From: Candidatus Dormiibacterota bacterium
Lineage (GTDB): Bacteria; Chloroflexota; Limnocylindria; P2-11E; CF-107
Length of the DNA stretch: 44,212 nt
Direction of reading: 5' to 3'
NCBI GenBank assembly: GCA_035639655.1
Contig: DASQXO010000125.1
Coordinates: 1 to 44,212 of the forward strand
Shown: positions 1-8,610 of the stretch, piece by piece
Layout of the letters: each line of letters begins with the position of its first letter
How positions within the stretch are numbered: the stretch's first letter is position 1
Notes under the pieces: model-generated
Told to the model about the DNA's origin: nothing
The model's database searches: none
Seen by the model: only the letters and a program-made list of their open reading frames with translations
Translations under genes and position numbers: made by a program

Positions 1-388
1 CGCGTCCCTCCGGGAACACCACGAGCACTTCACCGCGCCCGAGGACCGCGAGGGCGGCTTCGATCGCCGACGGATCCGTACTTCGGGTCCGGTCGATACG
101 GATGACGCCGCCGAAGAGCGCCATCACCGCTCGCTTCCACCAGACGTGTGTGAGCGCGCGCTCGTCGCCGAGGAAGACCAGGCGCGGCGCCGGCGGAAAA
201 AGCGCCAGCAGCACGAACGCATCGGCCCAGCCCTGATGGTTTGCGGCGAGAATGTAGCCGCCGCGCCGCGGCGGCTCGCCCTCGAGCCGCATCCGGAAGA
301 TGGCGCGGAACGCGGCGCGGACGGCGTGGCGCGCGACGCGCGCGAACGCGCTTCTTCCGGCATTGAGGGCCGCTTCCGGAACGGACAT
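1..388 (-). CDS. Lysophospholipid / 1-acyl-sn-glycerol-3-phosphate acyltransferase (PlsC family), N-terminal 129 codons; gene runs off the left edge
   Basis: Absent from the ORF track because no stop lies inside the window. My translation from the ATG (complement of 386-388) reads MSVPEAALNAGRSAFARV...GGYILAANHQGWADAFVLL...GEVLVVFPEGR. It carries the acyltransferase HX4D block (NHQGWAD) and the FPEG block, with no stop down to base 1. Confidence 0.7.
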   Translation of the reverse strand, partial: MSVPEAALNAGRSAFARVARHAVRAAFRAIFRMRLEGEPPRRGGYILAANHQGWADAFVLLALFPPAPRLVFLGDERALTHVWWKRAVMALFGGVIRIDRTRSTDPSAIEAALAVLGRGEVLVVFPEGR

Positions 389-472
389 GCCCGTCGGTAT
401 ACGGAGCCGATCGACGGCGGGACGCGGCCCGGCCGACGCGCCGAGTGTGATCTCGGCGACGCCGGTCCCGCT

Positions 473-1159
473 TCAGCGGTGGGTCTCGGCCTCCAGCCCG
501 TGCGGATCGACGACTTCGAAACGGCGCGGGCCGACGCGCACGAGGCCGCGCCGCTCGAAGTCGGCGAGCAGCTTGTTGACGGTCACGCGTGTCGAGCCGA
601 TCGCCGCCGCGAGATCTTCCTGGGTGATCGGCACGTCGGGCTGGACCCGCCGCAGCTCGAGCAGGTACTTCGCGAGCCGTCCGGGGACGTCGAGGAAGAC
701 GTGGTCCTCGTACTTCGCCGAAAGCGCCTTGATCCGCTCGGCGAGCTCGCGGAACGCGAAGTCGCGGGCTTTCGGATTCCGCTCGAGGATCTCCGCGAGG
801 CTCGCGCGCGAGAGCTGGAACACCTGCGTGGCCGGTACCGAGATGGCGGTCGCGTCACGGTCCCGCTCCTCGAAGAGCGCGAGCTCGCCGAAGAACTCGC
901 CTCGCGCGCGCAAAGCGACGATGACCTCGTGGCCCTCGTCGTCGAGGAGCACGAGCTTCACGAGTCCGCTGAACACGACGAACGCATCGCTAGCCGGATC
1001 GCCACGGTGATAGATGACCTCGCCGGCCCTGAAGCGGCGCAGGTGCATCTCGCGCGCGAGGGTGTCGCGCTCCGGCTCGGTGAGGATCTCGATCGGCAGC
1101 ACGTCGCCGAGCGTGCGGGCCATCGCACGAAGCTCGTCCAGATTCACCGCTACTAGCAT
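473..1159 (-). CDS. Crp/Fnr-family transcriptional regulator
   Basis: 228-aa ORF with a cNMP-binding barrel (FRAGEVIYHRGDPASDAFVVFSGLVKL, RARGEFFGELALF) and a C-terminal HTH (ITQEDLAAAIGSTRVTVNKLLADFERRG). Confidence 0.85.
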   Translation of the reverse strand: MLVAVNLDELRAMARTLGDVLPIEILTEPERDTLAREMHLRRFRAGEVIYHRGDPASDAFVVFSGLVKLVLLDDEGHEVIVALRARGEFFGELALFEERDRDATAISVPATQVFQLSRASLAEILERNPKARDFAFRELAERIKALSAKYEDHVFLDVPGRLAKYLLELRRVQPDVPITQEDLAAAIGSTRVTVNKLLADFERRGLVRVGPRRFEVVDPHGLEAETHR

Positions 1160-1167
1160 CGCTCTGA

Positions 1168-2394
1168 ATGTCCGAGCTCGCCCGTCTCGTCTACGACTGG
1201 AACCGCGACGGACGCGTCGCGCGGACCGACTATCGCGCGCCGGAGCTCGACGACGAGACGCTCCGCGACGGGCTGCAGGCGCCTTCGGTGCGCAATCCGC
1301 CGCTCGAAGTGAAGAAGCGCCTGCTCCACTTGATGGACGCGCTCGGCATCGATTCCGCCGACATCGGTCTGCCAGGCGCGTCGCCGCAGGCCCGCGCCGC
1401 GATCGTGGAGCTCGCGCGGGAGACGGCGAAACTCGGGCGGCTGAAGCCGAACTGTGCGGTCCGGACGCTTCCCGCGGACGTCCAGGCCGCCATCGACGCG
1501 AGCGTCGAAGCGGGAGTCCCGATCGAGACGTACGCGTTCATCGGCTCGAGCCCGATCCGACGCTTCGCCGAGGACTGGCGTCTCGACGCGATGCTCGAGA
1601 ACGTCGAGACCGCGGTGACGATGGCGGTGAACGCCGGGCTGCCGGTGATGTTCGTGACCGAGGACACGACGCGCGCGGATCCCGACACGCTGCGGCGGCT
1701 GTACACGCTCGCGATCGAGTGCGGCGCGCGGCGCATCTGCGCCTCGGACACCGTCGGGCACGCCACGCCCGAGGGCGTGCGGAATCTCCTCGCGTTCCTG
1801 CGCGACGACGTCATCGCGCCGACGAAGGAGACGGTGAGGCTGGACTACCACGGGCACAACGATCGCGGCCTCGGCGTCATCAACGCGCTCGCCGCGACGG
1901 CGATCGCCGACCGCGTGCACGGCTGCGCGCTCGGGATCGGCGAGCGCGTCGGCAACACCTCGATGGACCAGCTGCTCGTGAACCTGTACCTCTTCGACCT
2001 CATCGATCGCGATCTCACGCCGCTCGTGGAGTACGTCGAGCTCGTCTCGCGCTATTGCGGCGTGCCGATCCCGCCGAACTACCCGGCGCTCGGCGCCGAC
2101 GCGTTCCGCACCGGCACCGGCGTCCACGCCGCCGCGGTGATCAAGGCGCTGCGCAAGCACGATCGCGATCTCGCGGACCGGGTCTACTCCGGCGTCCCCG
2201 CGTCGGTCCTCGGGCGCGAGCAGCGCATCGAGGTCGGTCCGATGAGCGGCGAATCGAACGTCGTGTGGTGGCTCACCACGCACGGCTACGAGGCGACACG
2301 TGACACAATCGAACGTATCTTCGCGGCCGCGAAAGCCTCGGATCGGATCCTCACCGACGACGAGCTCGCGGCCATTGCCGGAGGCAAGGACTGA
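1168..2394 (+). CDS. 2-isopropylmalate/homocitrate/citramalate synthase-like DRE-TIM metallolyase, short form without the LeuA regulatory domain
   Basis: 408-aa ORF with the motifs ETLRDGLQ and DYHGHNDRGLG typical of the HMGL-like/LeuA catalytic barrel. The length leaves no room for a C-terminal LeuA_dimer domain. Confidence 0.8.
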   Translation: MSELARLVYDWNRDGRVARTDYRAPELDDETLRDGLQAPSVRNPPLEVKKRLLHLMDALGIDSADIGLPGASPQARAAIVELARETAKLGRLKPNCAVRTLPADVQAAIDASVEAGVPIETYAFIGSSPIRRFAEDWRLDAMLENVETAVTMAVNAGLPVMFVTEDTTRADPDTLRRLYTLAIECGARRICASDTVGHATPEGVRNLLAFLRDDVIAPTKETVRLDYHGHNDRGLGVINALAATAIADRVHGCALGIGERVGNTSMDQLLVNLYLFDLIDRDLTPLVEYVELVSRYCGVPIPPNYPALGADAFRTGTGVHAAAVIKALRKHDRDLADRVYSGVPASVLGREQRIEVGPMSGESNVVWWLTTHGYEATRDTIERIFAAAKASDRILTDDELAAIAGGKD

Positions 2395-2411
2395 CGCCGA
2401 GCGAGCCGCTC

Positions 2412-4451
2412 GTGAACACGATCCAGCCGCCGCGCCTCAAGCCCGGCGCCCGCGTCGAGGACCGCCGCGCGCCGCTTGGCGAAACGGTCGCACGCGCCGC
2501 GTCGATCCGCGGCAAGGCCCTCATCTTCTGGGATCCGAAGGTCCCCGGAAAGAAGCTCGACGCGATCGACACGGACCAGATCACGCCGGCCGATGACTGC
2601 GTCTCGGAGAGCCTCGAGCGGCTGGACGAGCGCTGGAAGGAGGGCACGTTCCGCTACCTCATGCCCGATTTCCGCGCACGCGTCCATCGCGGCGAGACGT
2701 TCGTCCTCGCGGGCGAGCGCTTCGCGATCGGCTCCTCGCGTGAGATGAGCCCGGCCGGCCTGAAGGGAGTCGCCGAGGAGGCAGGGAAAGAGCTCGTGAT
2801 CGTGTGCGGCGACAACATGGGCGACATTTTCCGCCGCAACGCCCTGAACCTCGGCCTCCACGTCGTACAGAGCCGCGAAGCGGTCGAGGACGCGCAGGAG
2901 GGGGATGTCTTCTCCTTCGATCCGGCGACGCGGCGCCTGGTGAACGAGACGCGCGGGAAGACGTACGACCCCGTGCCGCTCACGCCGAAAGAGGAGGAGA
3001 TCCGGCGGTCCGGCGGAATCATCGCTATCGGGCGGCGCGAGTTCCGCGACTCGATCGACCGCGAGCCGCGGATCGAGTGGCCGCCGGCATCCGTCGTCCG
3101 TGCGCTCACGACGTCCGAACAGATCGCGTGGTCGCACCGCGTCGACCGCGACGCCGAGGTCAGACCCGGCGCGACGATCCGCGTGTGGTGCGACCTCCTC
3201 CCCGCGTCGGACGGTACCGCGCCGTTCGCGATCCACACCTTCAACCAGATCACCGGCGGCGACGCGATCTTCCCGCGCCAGATCGCGATCGCGAACGATC
3301 ACTTCGTCTTCAGCGGGCGCGAGTCGGACGAGAAGCAATATCAGATCGGCCGCGCCTTCGCGGAGCATCACGGCATCCGGCGCCCGTACTACGCGACGAA
3401 GGGCGACGGCATCTTCCACTTCTACTTCCCGGAGCAGGGGCTCGTCGTACCCGGCGCGTTCGTGGCCGGCGCCGACTCGCACTCCCGCGCGTACGGCGCC
3501 TACGGCGCGGTGGGCATCGGCGTCGGCAGCACGCAGCTCGGCTTCGGATGGTCGACCGGCTACATCTATTTCACGCCCGCGAAGCGCCGGCGCGTGACCT
3601 TCCGCGGACGACTCCGCGCGTGGGTGTCGGGAAAGGACGTCGTGCTTGCGCTGCTGCGACGCTGGGGCAGGCAGCAGTCACAGGGGATGAGCGTCGAGTT
3701 CGTCGACGCCGAGCGGCAGCTGCGGATCCCCTACCGCAACACGATCGCGAACATGATGGCCGAGGCCGAGGCGCAGAACGGCATCTTCGCGCCCGACGAG
3801 ATCACGCTCGAGTGGTACCGGCGCAAGGGACACGCCGCGCTCCCGTATCCGGCGACGCTCGCACCCGGTGCCGACGTGCGCTGGGATGTCGACGAGGAGC
3901 TGGATCTCTCCGAGATCGTGCCGTTCATCGCGAAGCCGTTCGCGCCGGGTAACGCGTTCCCCGCCGACGAGGTCGCCGCCGAACGCCTCTCCTTCGACCG
4001 CGCGTACATCGGCTCGTGCACGAACGGCGGCTATGACGACCTCCTTGAGGCCGCGCTCGTCGTCAGCGCCGGGCGCGAGAAAGGGTATGAGGAGACGCCG
4101 AAGCCGTTCGTGATCTTCCCGGGCTCCGGCGCGGTGAAGCGCGAGATCGAGCGCTCCGAGCCGCGCCTGGGCGGCGACTCCATCGCGTCGGTGTTCCGTT
4201 CGGTCGGCGGGGAGATCCGCGAATCGTGGTGCGGTCCGTGCTTCGGCCAGGGGCCCGACGCGCTCAAGAAGGGCGAGGTCGCGATCACGTCCTTCAATCG
4301 GAACTGGCAGAACCGCATGGGGGTCGGCGGGCTCGGCTACCTCGCGTCGCCGGCGGTCGTCGCGGCGTCGGCGCTCCTCGGCTACATGGCCGGGCCACAA
4401 GCGCTCGGGATCGCGTGGGACCCCGAGCGCTTCGGCGACATCACGCCTTAG
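2412..4451 (+). CDS. Aconitase-family dehydratase, fused small(LeuD-like)-then-large(LeuC-like) subunit
   Basis: 679-aa ORF with a GTG start. The N-terminal ~215 aa are swivel-domain-like (FAIGSSREMSP, GDNMGDIFRRNALNLGL). The rest is catalytic-domain-like, with AGADSHSRAYGA, IGSCTNG and CGPCFGQG supplying three Fe-S cysteines. Confidence 0.85.
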   Translation: MNTIQPPRLKPGARVEDRRAPLGETVARAASIRGKALIFWDPKVPGKKLDAIDTDQITPADDCVSESLERLDERWKEGTFRYLMPDFRARVHRGETFVLAGERFAIGSSREMSPAGLKGVAEEAGKELVIVCGDNMGDIFRRNALNLGLHVVQSREAVEDAQEGDVFSFDPATRRLVNETRGKTYDPVPLTPKEEEIRRSGGIIAIGRREFRDSIDREPRIEWPPASVVRALTTSEQIAWSHRVDRDAEVRPGATIRVWCDLLPASDGTAPFAIHTFNQITGGDAIFPRQIAIANDHFVFSGRESDEKQYQIGRAFAEHHGIRRPYYATKGDGIFHFYFPEQGLVVPGAFVAGADSHSRAYGAYGAVGIGVGSTQLGFGWSTGYIYFTPAKRRRVTFRGRLRAWVSGKDVVLALLRRWGRQQSQGMSVEFVDAERQLRIPYRNTIANMMAEAEAQNGIFAPDEITLEWYRRKGHAALPYPATLAPGADVRWDVDEELDLSEIVPFIAKPFAPGNAFPADEVAAERLSFDRAYIGSCTNGGYDDLLEAALVVSAGREKGYEETPKPFVIFPGSGAVKREIERSEPRLGGDSIASVFRSVGGEIRESWCGPCFGQGPDALKKGEVAITSFNRNWQNRMGVGGLGYLASPAVVAASALLGYMAGPQALGIAWDPERFGDITP

Positions 4452-4876
4452 CTGGTCGGCTGCTGCGTCGTCTCGGCCGGCACGTGGCTCAGGACGACGA
4501 GGTAGTACGTGACCGCGGTCACGACCATCGCGAGGAGCTCGCTCACCGGTGAGGTGACGAGCAGCAGGATCTCGGTGACGAAGTACGCGGCGATGCCGTA
4601 GACGACACGCGACTTCCAACTGCTGTCGTATTGATACATGCGGTAACCGCCGTAGGTCGCGATGCCGGCGGCGATGCCGCGCACAAGCAGGAGCACGGCG
4701 ACGATCCACGTGCCGACGCCGGTCACGACCAGCGTCGCGCGGAGGATGCCGAGAAAGGACGCGAGCACGCCGAGCGAGCCGAGCACGCACACCGCTCCGC
4801 CGACGACCGTCGTGCTGAGGCTCACCTTGAGGGGCGGATTGTTCGCGAAGGCCGGTTCTACGATCGACCGCAGCAT
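4448..4876 (-). CDS. Small integral membrane protein (about 4 TM), unknown function
   Basis: 142-aa hydrophobic ORF. The ATG is preceded by a strong SD, GGAGGAGGAAA (complement of 4883-4893). Its stop overlaps the convergent aconitase stop. Confidence 0.6.
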   Translation of the reverse strand: MLRSIVEPAFANNPPLKVSLSTTVVGGAVCVLGSLGVLASFLGILRATLVVTGVGTWIVAVLLLVRGIAAGIATYGGYRMYQYDSSWKSRVVYGIAAYFVTEILLLVTSPVSELLAMVVTAVTYYLVVLSHVPAETTQQPTS

Positions 4877-4995
4877 CGTTTGTTTCCTCCTCCGTTCGCC
4901 CCCACCTTGCTAACGCAATCGCGCGCGGTGCGCTTCGTCAGCGCCCGAAGCGCTACGGGCTCCCCAAAGCGGGCGACCCACCGCTGGGTCCTGCC

Positions 4996-5024
4996 TTGAC
5001 TTGTGCTATTGATGTAGTTATATA
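4996..5024 (+). promoter_or_regulatory. Sigma-70-type promoter of the GntR-ABC operon, overlapped by an inverted repeat (putative operator)
   Basis: TTGACT (4996-5001), a 17-nt spacer, then TATATA (5019-5024), with GTG at 5032 only 7 nt after the -10. Inverted repeat TGCTAT (5004-5009) / ATAGCA (5022-5027). This is a local AT-rich island in GC-rich DNA. Confidence 0.5.
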
Positions 5025-5031
5025 GCAGTTC

Positions 5032-5427
5032 GTGATCACGTTCCGGCTCGATGAGCGTTCCGGGGTCCCGACATACCTCCAGCTCATCGAGCAGGTCCGC
5101 AGCGCCGTCCGCTACGGGATGCTGCGACCGGGCGACCAGCTGCCGACCGCGCGCGACGTCGTCGCCCAGCTCGCGATCAACCCGAACACGGTGCTGAAGG
5201 CGTACCGCGAACTCGAGCGCGGCGGCGTCGTGAAGAGCTTCCCTGGCCGCGGAACGTTCGTCACGGACGAGGCGCCTCGTCCGGTCGCGCGTGCAGTCCA
5301 CGAGCCGCTTCGCCGGGCGCTTCGGCGCTGGATCGCGGATGCCCGGCGCGCCGGCCTGGACCGAGACGCGATCGCCGATCTGCTCGGTCTCGGCCTGCGA
5401 GATGCATTCGAGGAGGAAATCGCATGA
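5032..5427 (+). CDS. GntR-family (YtrA-like, short) transcriptional regulator
   Basis: 131-aa ORF with a winged HTH (LPTARDVVAQLAINPNTVLKAYRELERGGVV). The short C-terminal part and the downstream ABC ATPase fit the YtrA subfamily. Confidence 0.85.
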   Translation: MITFRLDERSGVPTYLQLIEQVRSAVRYGMLRPGDQLPTARDVVAQLAINPNTVLKAYRELERGGVVKSFPGRGTFVTDEAPRPVARAVHEPLRRALRRWIADARRAGLDRDAIADLLGLGLRDAFEEEIA

Positions 5428-6308
5428 GCCTCGCCTTCGAGGCGATCGACGTCACCAAGAAGTTCGGTCGCGTCCGCGCGCTCGACGCATGCACGTTCTC
5501 GGTGCCGGCGGGACGCATCGTCGGACTCGTCGGCCCGAATGGAGCGGGCAAGACGACGCTCCTCCACATCGCGATCGGCCTGAACGCTCCGACGGCGGGA
5601 AGGGTCGAGGTGTTCGGCACCTCCGCCGCCGAGGACGTCCTCACGGTGCTCTCGCGCGTGGGCTTCGTCGCACAGGAGCGGCCGCTGTATCGCGGCTTCA
5701 CCGTCGGCGAGACGCTGGAGCTCGGCCGGCGCCTCAACGCGCGGTGGGACGCGGCGTACGCGCGGCGCTGGGTGGAAAACGCCGGCATCGCACTCGAGCA
5801 GCGAGTCGAAACACTTTCGGGCGGCGAGCGCGCGCAGGTCGCCTTGTCACTGGCGTTGGGCAAGCGGCCGGCGCTGCTGCTGCTCGATGAACCGCTCGGC
5901 GGCCTCGATCCCCTCGCCCGCCGCGCCCTCCTGCAGGAGCTCATGTCCGCGTCGACGGAGAGCGAAGCGACGGTGATCTTGACGTCGCACGAGATCGCCG
6001 CGATCGAACGGACCTGCGATTACCTCGTCATCCTCGGACGCGGTCGCGTCGAACTCGCCGGCGACATCGAGGCGGTCGTGGGCGCGCACCTCTCCATCAC
6101 CGCGCCGCCGCGATACGAGGACCTCATCAAGAGCCGCGCCACGATCGTCGACGCGCAGCGCGCCGAGCGACAGATCAGCGCGCTCGTGCGCGTCTCCGGC
6201 GACGTGCAGTGGCCGACCGGCAACGGGCTCGAGGTCCGTCCGGCGAATCTCGAAGAGCTCGTGCTCGCCTATTTGCGGCGCGCCCGCGCGGAAAGGACGG
6301 CGAAATGA
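5424..6308 (+). CDS. ABC transporter ATP-binding protein
   Basis: Walker A GPNGAGKTT, signature LSGGERAQV, Walker B LLLLDEP. ATGA overlap with the GntR stop, and GAGGAGGA lies upstream. Confidence 0.9.
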   Translation: MSLAFEAIDVTKKFGRVRALDACTFSVPAGRIVGLVGPNGAGKTTLLHIAIGLNAPTAGRVEVFGTSAAEDVLTVLSRVGFVAQERPLYRGFTVGETLELGRRLNARWDAAYARRWVENAGIALEQRVETLSGGERAQVALSLALGKRPALLLLDEPLGGLDPLARRALLQELMSASTESEATVILTSHEIAAIERTCDYLVILGRGRVELAGDIEAVVGAHLSITAPPRYEDLIKSRATIVDAQRAERQISALVRVSGDVQWPTGNGLEVRPANLEELVLAYLRRARAERTAK

Positions 6309-7258
6309 TCTGGCTCACGTACCGGCAGCATCGCGCGGAGGCGCTCGTTGCGGCCGTGCTGCTCGCGCTGGTCGGTCTGGTCGGAGTCGTCGAGGGACTG
6401 CGCGCTCCCGCCGTCGCCGCGAGTCTCGGCTTGCCGTGCGGGACCGGCAGCATCCTGCCCGGCACCTGTCAGGGCCCGCTCGACCAGTTCCGGCGCGAGT
6501 TCGGCTGGTTGAGCCCGACGCTCCCGTTCCTGTTCATCCTGTTGCCCGCTCTCGTCGGACCGTTCCTCGGAGCGCCGCTCGTCGCGCGCGAGCACGAGTT
6601 CAGGACGAGCCTGCTGGTCTGGTCGCAGGGTGTCACGCGCACGCGCTGGCTCGCGACGAAGCTGCTGCTCTTCGGAACGGCATTGCTCGCCGGCGCGATC
6701 CTTCTCGCGGCGGTCGCGCAGGTCGCCGAGCCGGCGGTGAGCGTCACCCCGATGATCTGGTACCAGCGGATCGAGTGGAGCTTCCCGGTGATGGTCGGCA
6801 CGGCGCTGTTTGCGCTCGCGCTCGGCGTGTTCGCCGGGGCCCTCACCCGGCGAGTCCTCGCCGCGATGCTCATCGCGCTCGTCGCCGTCGGCCTCGCGCG
6901 CGCGGGCGTCGTGACCCAGCTCCGCCCGGCCCTCGTCGCGCCGATCGTGACGTCCTCGCGGCGGACGATCCCGCCGGACGCGTGGATCGTCAGCAGCGGC
7001 TACGTCGACGCGGACGGGCGCGCCGTGCCCATCGAGCGTCTCATCGCCGCCAACAACGAGTTCTTCCGCTCCGGCTCGCAGCGCTCCTACAACTCGGACG
7101 ACTATCTCGCCGAGAAGCAGGGCCTCTACTTCCGCGCGGCGTATCAGCCGAAGGAACGCGAGGGGATCATCGAAACGGCCGAGCTCGGCCTGTACGTGTC
7201 GATCGCGCTCGCACTCGTCGCGGCGAGCTTGTGGCTCGTCAGGCGGCGGCCGGCATGA
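6305..7258 (+). CDS. ABC-2-type transporter permease-like membrane protein
   Basis: The internal ATG at 6305 (MIWLTYRQHRAEALVAAVLL...) overlaps the ATPase stop as ATGA. About 6 hydrophobic spans. The track start at 6209 would overlap the ATPase gene by 100 nt. Confidence 0.6.
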   Translation: MIWLTYRQHRAEALVAAVLLALVGLVGVVEGLRAPAVAASLGLPCGTGSILPGTCQGPLDQFRREFGWLSPTLPFLFILLPALVGPFLGAPLVAREHEFRTSLLVWSQGVTRTRWLATKLLLFGTALLAGAILLAAVAQVAEPAVSVTPMIWYQRIEWSFPVMVGTALFALALGVFAGALTRRVLAAMLIALVAVGLARAGVVTQLRPALVAPIVTSSRRTIPPDAWIVSSGYVDADGRAVPIERLIAANNEFFRSGSQRSYNSDDYLAEKQGLYFRAAYQPKEREGIIETAELGLYVSIALALVAASLWLVRRRPA

Positions 7259-7316
7259 GCGCATCCATCCAGCCGCTCGAGCGCGAGGCCGAAGAGCGCC
7301 GGCGATACTCATACGC

Positions 7317-8381
7317 ATGCTCGTCGACGGGCGCGAGGTCGCGCTCACCAATCAGGAGAAGGTGCTCTTTCCGCAGTCCGGTCTGACGAAGGGCGACCTC
7401 GTCCGCTACTACGTCGAAGTCGCGCCGGCGGTGCTGCATCACGTGCGCAAGCGGCCGATGCAGATGAAGCGCTACCCGAACGGCGTCGACGCCGACTTCT
7501 TCTATCAGAAGCGCGTTCCGAACCCGCATCCGGACTGGCTCGAGACGGTGCACGTGAACTATCCCTCGGGCAACGAGGTCGACTTCCCCGTCATCAACGA
7601 CGCGGCGGCTCTCGCCTGGCTGGCGAACCTCGCCTGCATCGAGCTGCACACGTGGCACTCGCGCATCGACGACATCAACAAGCCGGATTACCTGCTCATC
7701 GACCTCGATCCGTCCGAGGGCAATCCGTGGTCGCATGTTCGCGAGATCGCGGTCGCGGCGAAGCGCGTCATGGACGACCTCGGCGTGCCGAGCTATCCGA
7801 AGACGAGCGGCGTCACGGGCTTGCACATCCTCGTCCCGATCCTGCCGGAGCTCGATTTCCCCCTCGTGCGCGAGATCGCGCGCGCGATGGCGAAGGAGAT
7901 CGTGAAGCTCGTGCCGACGATCGCGACGACGCAGTGGAAGGTCGCCGGCCGGCCCGGCGTGTTCGTGGACTACGGCCAGAACGCCTTCGACCGGACGATC
8001 GCCGCGGCGTACTCGATCCGTCCCGTCGCGGACGCGCGCGCGTCGGCGCCGCTGCGCTGGGACGAGGTCCCTGACGTCGAGCCGGGCGACTACACGCTAT
8101 CGACGATGCGCGATCGGATCGCCCGCGTCGGCGATCTCACCGCCGGGATGTGGGATAAGGCCGTGAGCCTGGATCCGCTCTTCGACGCGCTGAAGGTGAA
8201 GCGCCAGGCACCGAAGCGGCGGCCGAGCCGAGGGCCGGGTCGCGACTGGCGCGTGGAGTACTACCGCCGACGAGCCGAGTCCGGCGGGCTCGAAGGGACC
8301 GACGTGCGAGGCGAGGATGGCGGCGAGCGACGCGAGTACGGGAGGAAGGCCGGCCAGCAGCGCGGTCCGAGCCAGCGCTAG
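7317..8381 (+). CDS. Stand-alone AEP primase-polymerase (LigD polymerase-domain / Prim-PolC-like)
   Basis: 354-aa ORF with LLIDLDPSEG and SGVTGLHILVP catalytic blocks and QNAFDRTIAAAYSIRP. A ~60-aa basic C-terminal tail is present (KRQAPKRRPSRGPGRDWR...). Confidence 0.85.
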   Translation: MLVDGREVALTNQEKVLFPQSGLTKGDLVRYYVEVAPAVLHHVRKRPMQMKRYPNGVDADFFYQKRVPNPHPDWLETVHVNYPSGNEVDFPVINDAAALAWLANLACIELHTWHSRIDDINKPDYLLIDLDPSEGNPWSHVREIAVAAKRVMDDLGVPSYPKTSGVTGLHILVPILPELDFPLVREIARAMAKEIVKLVPTIATTQWKVAGRPGVFVDYGQNAFDRTIAAAYSIRPVADARASAPLRWDEVPDVEPGDYTLSTMRDRIARVGDLTAGMWDKAVSLDPLFDALKVKRQAPKRRPSRGPGRDWRVEYYRRRAESGGLEGTDVRGEDGGERREYGRKAGQQRGPSQR

Positions 8382-8575
8382 GACGCCGGGTTCAGCTCCT
8401 GCGTGACGTCCGCGGCGTCGGCGTAGTCGCGGCTCGGCAGCGCCGCGAGGGCGGTGATGACGTCCTCGGAAAGCTTCGCTTCCTCGGCGCGGTCGAGGAT
8501 GTCCTCGCGCGACACCGGGTACGACAGGCTGGACAGGAACTGGTCGACGACCACGCTGGACTGCAGCTCTTTCAT
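8378..8575 (-). CDS. DUF2795-like small protein
   Basis: 65-aa ORF from the ATG (complement of 8573-8575): MKELQSSVVVDQFLSSLSYPVSREDILDRAEEAKLSEDVITALAALPSRDYADAADV. It matches my recollection of the DUF2795 pattern (YP.S..dl...A......v...l..lP...Y.s...v). It lies 35 nt downstream of the ligase. Confidence 0.6.
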   Translation of the reverse strand: MKELQSSVVVDQFLSSLSYPVSREDILDRAEEAKLSEDVITALAALPSRDYADAADVTQELNPAS

Positions 8576-8610
8576 GTCCGTCTCTCGGTGCGAAAGCCGT
8601 GCCAGCTCGC

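Noticed and set aside
1153-2283. 376-aa ORF antisense to the LeuA-like gene. Similar long antisense or out-of-frame ORFs occur at 2286-3482, 11450-13066, 13224-14381, 14439-15680, 20513-21499, 28489-30732 and 41771-43027 (upstream part).
   Set aside because: These are typical high-GC artefacts. The translations are Arg/Ala/Gly/Pro/Asp-rich low-complexity strings without motifs, and each lies opposite or out of frame to an ORF with clear family signatures.
4930-4953. Hairpin GCGCTTCG-N8-CGAAGCGC in the divergent region between the small membrane protein gene and the GntR promoter.
   Set aside because: It is an isolated 8-bp GC stem in GC-rich DNA with no U-tract and no recognisable riboswitch context, so it is not distinguishable from chance.
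6209-6304. Upstream start (6209) for the ABC permease ORF.
   Set aside because: It would overlap the ATPase gene by 100 nt with an Arg-rich peptide. The ATG at 6305 gives the ATGA coupling and a hydrophobic N-terminus.
8222-8381. I considered whether the basic C-terminal tail of the Prim-Pol reflects a frameshift or a separate small gene.
   Set aside because: The frame is continuous with high GC3 and no internal start/SD signal, so I kept it as part of the CDS. It is flagged in the NHEJ finding.
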